The notes beneath the pieces were generated by a model. It saw only the letters and a program-made list of their open reading frames with translations, searched no databases and was not told where the DNA came from. A program made the translations under genes and the position numbers. A stretch of DNA of 64,000 nt from Thermodesulfobacteriota bacterium (lineage in GTDB: Bacteria > Desulfobacterota > Desulfarculia > JACQYL01), in contig CAXXLZ010000002.1 of the NCBI GenBank assembly GCA_963675595.2, positions 1,248,001 to 1,312,000 of the forward strand. The letters are read 5' to 3'. Of this stretch, positions 58,974 to 64,000 are shown piece by piece. Each line of letters begins with the position of its first letter. Position 1 is the stretch's first letter.

Positions 58974-61013
58974 CTAAACCCGAAACTTGCTCACCGCGCT
59001 TCGGAGCTGTTCGGCCAGATTGGACAGTTCATCCGAGCTCAAGGACACCTGGGCGCTGCTGTTTGAAATTTCGGTCGCCGCCTGGTTCACTTCGGCGATG
59101 TCCTCGGCGATTTGGCCGGCCACCGCGGAACTCTGAGACACGTTCTGCGATACTTCCTGGATGCCTTGAGCCGCCTGGGCCACGTTCTCCGCGATGTCCC
59201 TGGTCGTTACGGATTGTTCTTCCACCGCAGCCGCAATGGCCGAGACGATCTCGTTCACGTCCCGGATCACCTGGGAAATCTCCTGGATTTCCGTCACCGT
59301 ATTTGCGATGGACCCCTGGATCCCACCGATTTCCTTTCGGATTTCCTCCGTAGCGCCCGTCGTCTGTTTGGCCAGTTCTTTGATTTCATTGGCCACCACG
59401 GCGAATCCTTTGCCCGCCTCACCGGCGCGGGCCGCCTCAATGGTGGCGTTCAAGGCTAGAAGGTTGGTCTGATCCGATATGGCCGTAATGGCTTCCGTGA
59501 CTTTGCCGATCTCTTCCGCGGCCTTACCCAAGTCGTCCACTCTCGAGGAGGCGCTTTCGGATTTGGATACCGCCTGTGCGCTGATGCCGCGCGCACGCTC
59601 CGTGTTCTGGGCGATCTCGGTGATGGTGGCGGTCATTTCCTCCGTGGCGGAAGCCACTGTGGAGACGTTGGTGGTAGCCTCTTCGGAAGCCGCGGCCACG
59701 GAACTCATGTTGGCGCTCATCTCTTCCGACGCAGCGGCCACGGTGTTGGACTTGCCCGAAGTCTGCTCCGCACCGGCGGACATGCTCTGAGAAATATTGG
59801 ACAACTCGGTCGAGGAAGAGGCCAAGGTGTCCACACCGGATGCAATGTCTTTGAACATCGCGCGCAAATTGCTCGTCATGTCGTTGAGGGCCGCGGCCAG
59901 CATGCCGACCTCATCCTTCTGGTCGATATCCAACTTGCCTGTGAAATCCCCTCCCGACATCTTCTTGGCGAAATCCACCCCCCGGATGATGGGCCGAGTG
60001 ATCATTCTGGTCAGCAGGAACGCCACGATCACACCGATCAACAGTGCGATGGACAATCCCACGATCAGGACCAACGTCGCATCCGAAAGCTTGGCTTCGG
60101 CGTCTGCGGATCGCGTGACCACCTGAGCCAGCGCCGCTGCGGAAGTACTACGAGCATCTTCCAAAATGGTCGCAGCCGTTGCCTCTCTCTGGTTGTCCAG
60201 GTCGCGCATGTGCAACCATGCCTCTAGAAGCGTTTCCATGCCCGAGCGATAACTCTCCCCGGCCGCGCGGATCGCCTCAATCTGAAGCAGATTGTCCTCT
60301 CGTCGGGTCGTCTTTTTCAGTTCGTTCAACTTGGCGTCGATCAGTTCGAAATTTTTCAGGGCCGTCCTCATGGTCTCGGGATTCCGCAGAGCCTGGGACT
60401 TGAAGTTGCCGACACGAGTCAGGTTGCCCAAATTGACCACCTCGGTGACCAAGGCAATTTTCCCGGTCCGCTCCAAGATTTTCACTTCTAGAGCTTTGCC
60501 CAGGACTTCATCCTTAAGAAATTCCTGCTGGCTCACGAGGAACTTGTGTGCGTTTTCCATATATTGCGCCGCGGCGGCATCCAGCACCGTTCGGCTTTGA
60601 TCTATGCGACCGTCCGCTCCTTCAGTTTCGTTCACCAGCCTTTCGTACTCCTCCACCTTCTTTTCGATGGTACCAATATTCTCTTTTAGCTTGACCAGTT
60701 CCGGGTACTTATCCGCCAGACTCCGTGCATCCGCGACAAACTTCTTGACTTGATCCAAGACCTTCCGACCCTTTTCAAGATATTTCTTGTCTTCGGAAAG
60801 TGAATAGCCTCGAATCTCAAACATGGTTTCCATGTAGTTCCGTTCCAGGTCGTTGGCCACCGAAAGCTCAGGAACATACTCCGACGCGGTAACTTCCGAT
60901 TGGTTCCGGGCCTCAATCATGTTAAGGATCGACAAAATGCCCAGAATAATGGAAATGGCGATCAATACCCCGAAACCCAAACCGATCTTCATTCCCAACT
61001 TCAAGTTTTTCAT
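58974..61013 (-). CDS. Methyl-accepting chemotaxis protein (helical periplasmic sensor)
   Basis: Two transmembrane helices, HAMP (DEVG.LA.ALN.M) and [27 protein letters not shown]. Confidence 0.93.
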   Translation of the reverse strand: MKNLKLGMKIGLGFGVLIAISIILGILSILNMIEARNQSEVTASEYVPELSVANDLERNYMETMFEIRGYSLSEDKKYLEKGRKVLDQVKKFVADARSLADKYPELVKLKENIGTIEKKVEEYERLVNETEGADGRIDQSRTVLDAAAAQYMENAHKFLVSQQEFLKDEVLGKALEVKILERTGKIALVTEVVNLGNLTRVGNFKSQALRNPETMRTALKNFELIDAKLNELKKTTRREDNLLQIEAIRAAGESYRSGMETLLEAWLHMRDLDNQREATAATILEDARSTSAAALAQVVTRSADAEAKLSDATLVLIVGLSIALLIGVIVAFLLTRMITRPIIRGVDFAKKMSGGDFTGKLDIDQKDEVGMLAAALNDMTSNLRAMFKDIASGVDTLASSSTELSNISQSMSAGAEQTSGKSNTVAAASEEMSANMSSVAAASEEATTNVSTVASATEEMTATITEIAQNTERARGISAQAVSKSESASSRVDDLGKAAEEIGKVTEAITAISDQTNLLALNATIEAARAGEAGKGFAVVANEIKELAKQTTGATEEIRKEIGGIQGSIANTVTEIQEISQVIRDVNEIVSAIAAAVEEQSVTTRDIAENVAQAAQGIQEVSQNVSQSSAVAGQIAEDIAEVNQAATEISNSSAQVSLSSDELSNLAEQLRSAVSKFRV

Positions 61014-61093
61014 CTCCCATTCTCCTTCTTCGTGAACAGCCTGCCGTTAGGCCTTTTCAACCGGGTCCCCGCACGAAACGGACGAGTCGACCC

Positions 61094-64000
61094 CTATCGC
61101 TGTAGGAACTCATAAATGCTCTTCAGCAACTTTTCCTTGTCCAGCTTGATCTGATAATCGTCGATGCCGGCCTTCACGCCCTTGGCGATATCCTCTTCAC
61201 CGGCCAGAGACGTCACGGCCACCACCGGAAGGTGCGAAAATCGGCTGTCCGATCTGATCTTCTTTGCGAGTTCGTAGCCGTCCATGTTGGGCATCTCGAT
61301 ATCCGTCACCACAACACGGATGCCTTCGGTCTCATTGAGCACGTTCCAGGCCTCGACACCGTCCATCGCGGTAACCACCTTGTACCCCTCCTCTTCGATG
61401 AACCTTCTCACCTGGTTCAGGAAAAACTCCGAGTCTTCCACTACCAAGACGATGGGTGCGGACCCCGTCTCTTCCTCCTTTATGGGCTCTCGGTGCTCGA
61501 ACCAGCCGGGATTCAGCGTTTCCATCAGTTCAAAAACTTCCACCAGCAGGGTCGTCTTTTCACCCACAATGGCCGATCCCATGATCCCGGGCTGCCTGAG
61601 GGTCGAATCGTCGATGTCGATGGCCAGTTCCACCGCGTCCAGCGGAGTCACGCCCAGGAGCCCCACTTCACGGCCCGCGATCTTGAACACGATCACCACG
61701 AGATTTTCTCTTTCCGCCAAGGGGTTGACCGCGGCCGCTTCATCCAGGGAGAACACGGGCAAACTGCCTCCCCGGTAGTGAATGGTCCTCCGCCCTCCGA
61801 CACGTTCAATGTCGGTGGATCGAATGTCCTCCACACGTTCCACCAATTCGAGAGGCACGGCGAACTGCTCGCCTTCGCCGCTCATGAACAGGAGGAATGC
61901 GTGCTTGTCCGTCCTTGCTTTGGCGGCCTCCTCACGAGCCAGCTCCGACGCCCGATCCGTACCCTCGAGAGACGTCAGACCCGCCACTCGAGCCAGACCG
62001 CCCACGTCGAGAATCAATGCAACCCGCCCGTCCCCTAAAATCGTGGCGCCGGCGTATCCCTCGCATTGTTTTAAATGCCGCCCCAAAGGCTTGACCACGA
62101 TCTCCTCGGAATCATGGAACTCTTCCACCACCAGTCCGTATTTGAAGGCCCCGGCGGAAACCACCGTCACGTTCACCGCGCTCGAAGACTGATACCGGCG
62201 ATCCTTCCCGTCGTCTCTTCTCTCCCGAGGAACGTGTGAAGACTCCGCCTCTTCCCCTTCTTCGAAGAATGGATAGGTGGCCGATCTGCGGTCCGCAATG
62301 TTGGCCCGACGATCCGGTTTCTCGTCACCGGATTCCGGATCCGTGTAGGTTCGCCCGATCCCCAGTACGTCGGACAGACGCACTAGGGGCAGCAGCTTCC
62401 CCCTGAGCCTGACCACTTCGGCGTCACCCACCCGCTCGATCCGGTCTTTCACTTGAGCGGCGGGAATTCTCAGTAATTCGTCGAGATTCACCTGGGGGAC
62501 GGCGAAACGTTCTTTGCCGGCCGCCACGAGCAGGCTGGCTATAATGGCCAGAGTGAGAGGAAGCTTAATCCGAATGACAGTGCCCTTGCCCATTTCGGAC
62601 TCGATGTCCACAACGCCCCCGAGCCGGTCCAGGTTCGTCTTGACCACGTCCATCCCCACGCCGCGCCCCGACACGTCGCTCACCTTCTTGGCCGTGGATA
62701 GACCGGGCATAAGGATCAATGCCAGCTTCTCCTTCACGGACATGAGCCGTGCCTGCTGATCCGTGATCAAGCCCTTGGAAAGCGCCGCCGTGACCACGCG
62801 CTCGGGATCGATGCCCGCACCGTCGTCCTGAATCTCGATATTGACCTGCCCGGCTTCGTGGTACGCTTTCAACAGCACGTGCCCCACGACATTCTTGCCG
62901 GAATCCGTCCGAACATCGGGGGCTTCGATGCCGTGATCCACCGAATTTCGTACCAGATGCGTCAAAGGATCACTCAGTCCCTCCAAGATCGTTTTGTCCA
63001 GCTCGACCTCGTTTCCCTCGAGAGTCAGTTTGACCTCCTTGCCCAGATCACGAGCCAAGTCCCGGACGACCCTTGGAAATTTTCCCAGGATATTTCCAAT
63101 GGGCTGCATTCGGGTCATCATGATGGCCTCCTGAAGCTCCGAGGTCACCAAGTCGATCTTTTGCGATGCGATCTCCAGCGCCCGACGGTCGCCTGCGGAA
63201 ACGGACTGCATGAGCTGGTTCCTGCTCAGAACCAGCTCTCCGGCCAACGTCATCAGGTTGTCCAACAACCCCACCTGAACCCTGAGGCTCATGTCCGCCG
63301 GCGCGAGCTGTTTGGCCGCCTCCTCTTTTCCCGCGGGTTCCTTCCTCTTCACGGCCGCGGGAGATTCGGTTTCGGGTTTCTCCACGGGCGGTGCCGCTTT
63401 TTTCGAAGGCTTCGTCTCGGGGGTTTCTTCTTCGGGAGGAGGCGGCGGTGCCGTTTCAGCGGACGCCGTTTGAGCCTCTTCCGCCTCCGGAAGGCTCATC
63501 TCCGGTTCAGCGGCGCCGCCGGCTCCGGGCAACTCGGAATGCAGCGGATAGAGGACGTTGTCCTCCCCCAGCGTGTGTATGTACGAGTCCTCCACCTCGA
63601 ACAGCGCGCCGATGATATCCCGCTCCATAACGGTGGCGATGAGCACCAGGAACGGAATACGGTTGGAAGTTGCACTGTCCTCAAGGGAACCCACGGCGGA
63701 AATGTCCACTCTGCTGGCAATGATGATGCCGCTGTCCTGCAGATTCCTGAGCAGGTCCATGAGTGTCTTGTCTTGGTAGTGTATATCGTGGATCAGATCG
63801 TACTCGACGAAGTAAACGATTCGGCCGTTCTTCTTGGATTGCGCCAGATCAAACTCCGATATCGTAAACATCGTCCTGCCGTCGGGAAATCGAATCTCCA
63901 CTTCTTTGGAAACGGTTTCCTTCTCATCGGCCGGAAGAAACGCCGTGGTCAGTCCGGTGAGCGCCACCGTGTGTTCCGAAATGTCGGTTTCTTCGCTGGT
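61094..64000 (-). CDS. cheA: Hybrid CheA (dimerisation, HATPase, 2x CheW, REC), N-terminus beyond the window
   Basis: LAGELVL.RNQL, PLTHLVRNSVDHGIE, DDGAGID, SGRGVGMDVV and a C-terminal REC (TDIEMP). Confidence 0.95.
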   Translation of the reverse strand, partial: TSEETDISEHTVALTGLTTAFLPADEKETVSKEVEIRFPDGRTMFTISEFDLAQSKKNGRIVYFVEYDLIHDIHYQDKTLMDLLRNLQDSGIIIASRVDISAVGSLEDSATSNRIPFLVLIATVMERDIIGALFEVEDSYIHTLGEDNVLYPLHSELPGAGGAAEPEMSLPEAEEAQTASAETAPPPPPEEETPETKPSKKAAPPVEKPETESPAAVKRKEPAGKEEAAKQLAPADMSLRVQVGLLDNLMTLAGELVLSRNQLMQSVSAGDRRALEIASQKIDLVTSELQEAIMMTRMQPIGNILGKFPRVVRDLARDLGKEVKLTLEGNEVELDKTILEGLSDPLTHLVRNSVDHGIEAPDVRTDSGKNVVGHVLLKAYHEAGQVNIEIQDDGAGIDPERVVTAALSKGLITDQQARLMSVKEKLALILMPGLSTAKKVSDVSGRGVGMDVVKTNLDRLGGVVDIESEMGKGTVIRIKLPLTLAIIASLLVAAGKERFAVPQVNLDELLRIPAAQVKDRIERVGDAEVVRLRGKLLPLVRLSDVLGIGRTYTDPESGDEKPDRRANIADRRSATYPFFEEGEEAESSHVPRERRDDGKDRRYQSSSAVNVTVVSAGAFKYGLVVEEFHDSEEIVVKPLGRHLKQCEGYAGATILGDGRVALILDVGGLARVAGLTSLEGTDRASELAREEAAKARTDKHAFLLFMSGEGEQFAVPLELVERVEDIRSTDIERVGGRRTIHYRGGSLPVFSLDEAAAVNPLAERENLVVIVFKIAGREVGLLGVTPLDAVELAIDIDDSTLRQPGIMGSAIVGEKTTLLVEVFELMETLNPGWFEHREPIKEEETGSAPIVLVVEDSEFFLNQVRRFIEEEGYKVVTAMDGVEAWNVLNETEGIRVVVTDIEMPNMDGYELAKKIRSDSRFSHLPVVAVTSLAGEEDIAKGVKAGIDDYQIKLDKEKLLKSIYEFLQR

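Overview
GC-rich chromosomal window of a strictly anaerobic, aromatic-degrading deltaproteobacterium (Desulfobacterota-like; this assignment is inferred from gene content). It opens with a class II benzoyl-CoA reductase cluster, bamB(partial)-bamC-bamD-bamE-bamF. Two of these genes (the HdrA-like bamE and the MvhD-like bamF) carry in-frame TGA codons at conserved Cys positions, each followed by a SECIS-like hairpin; the ORF track splits or truncates them, but they are almost certainly selenoproteins. A patchwork accessory region follows: an AT-rich Fic gene beside a tRNA-like att scar, a secreted HAF-repeat protein, an orphan ABC substrate-binding protein, an acyl-CoA ligase, two diguanylate cyclases, a sigma54-driven PEP-CTERM gene, a GntR-BadI/MenB-thiolase-Hbd beta-oxidation operon, an MqsR-like/MqsA-Panacea toxin-antitoxin pair, an Fe-S protein with a divergent QueG-like protein, and a hybrid histidine kinase. 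Further on are a lexA-imuB-dnaE2 mutagenesis cassette, an orphan degenerate BY-kinase/Wzz pair, a frameshifted FG-GAP/dockerin surface protein and a long minus-strand chemosensory operon (cheA-mcp-cheW-cheB-cheR-mcp-cheY-HK-RR-HD-GYP). Many intergenic gaps in the first 41 kb contain copies of two families of non-autonomous palindromic repeats; one family is modular, and several copies supply the stop codon or C-terminus of the neighbouring gene. No rRNA, complete tRNA, CRISPR array or transposase gene was seen.
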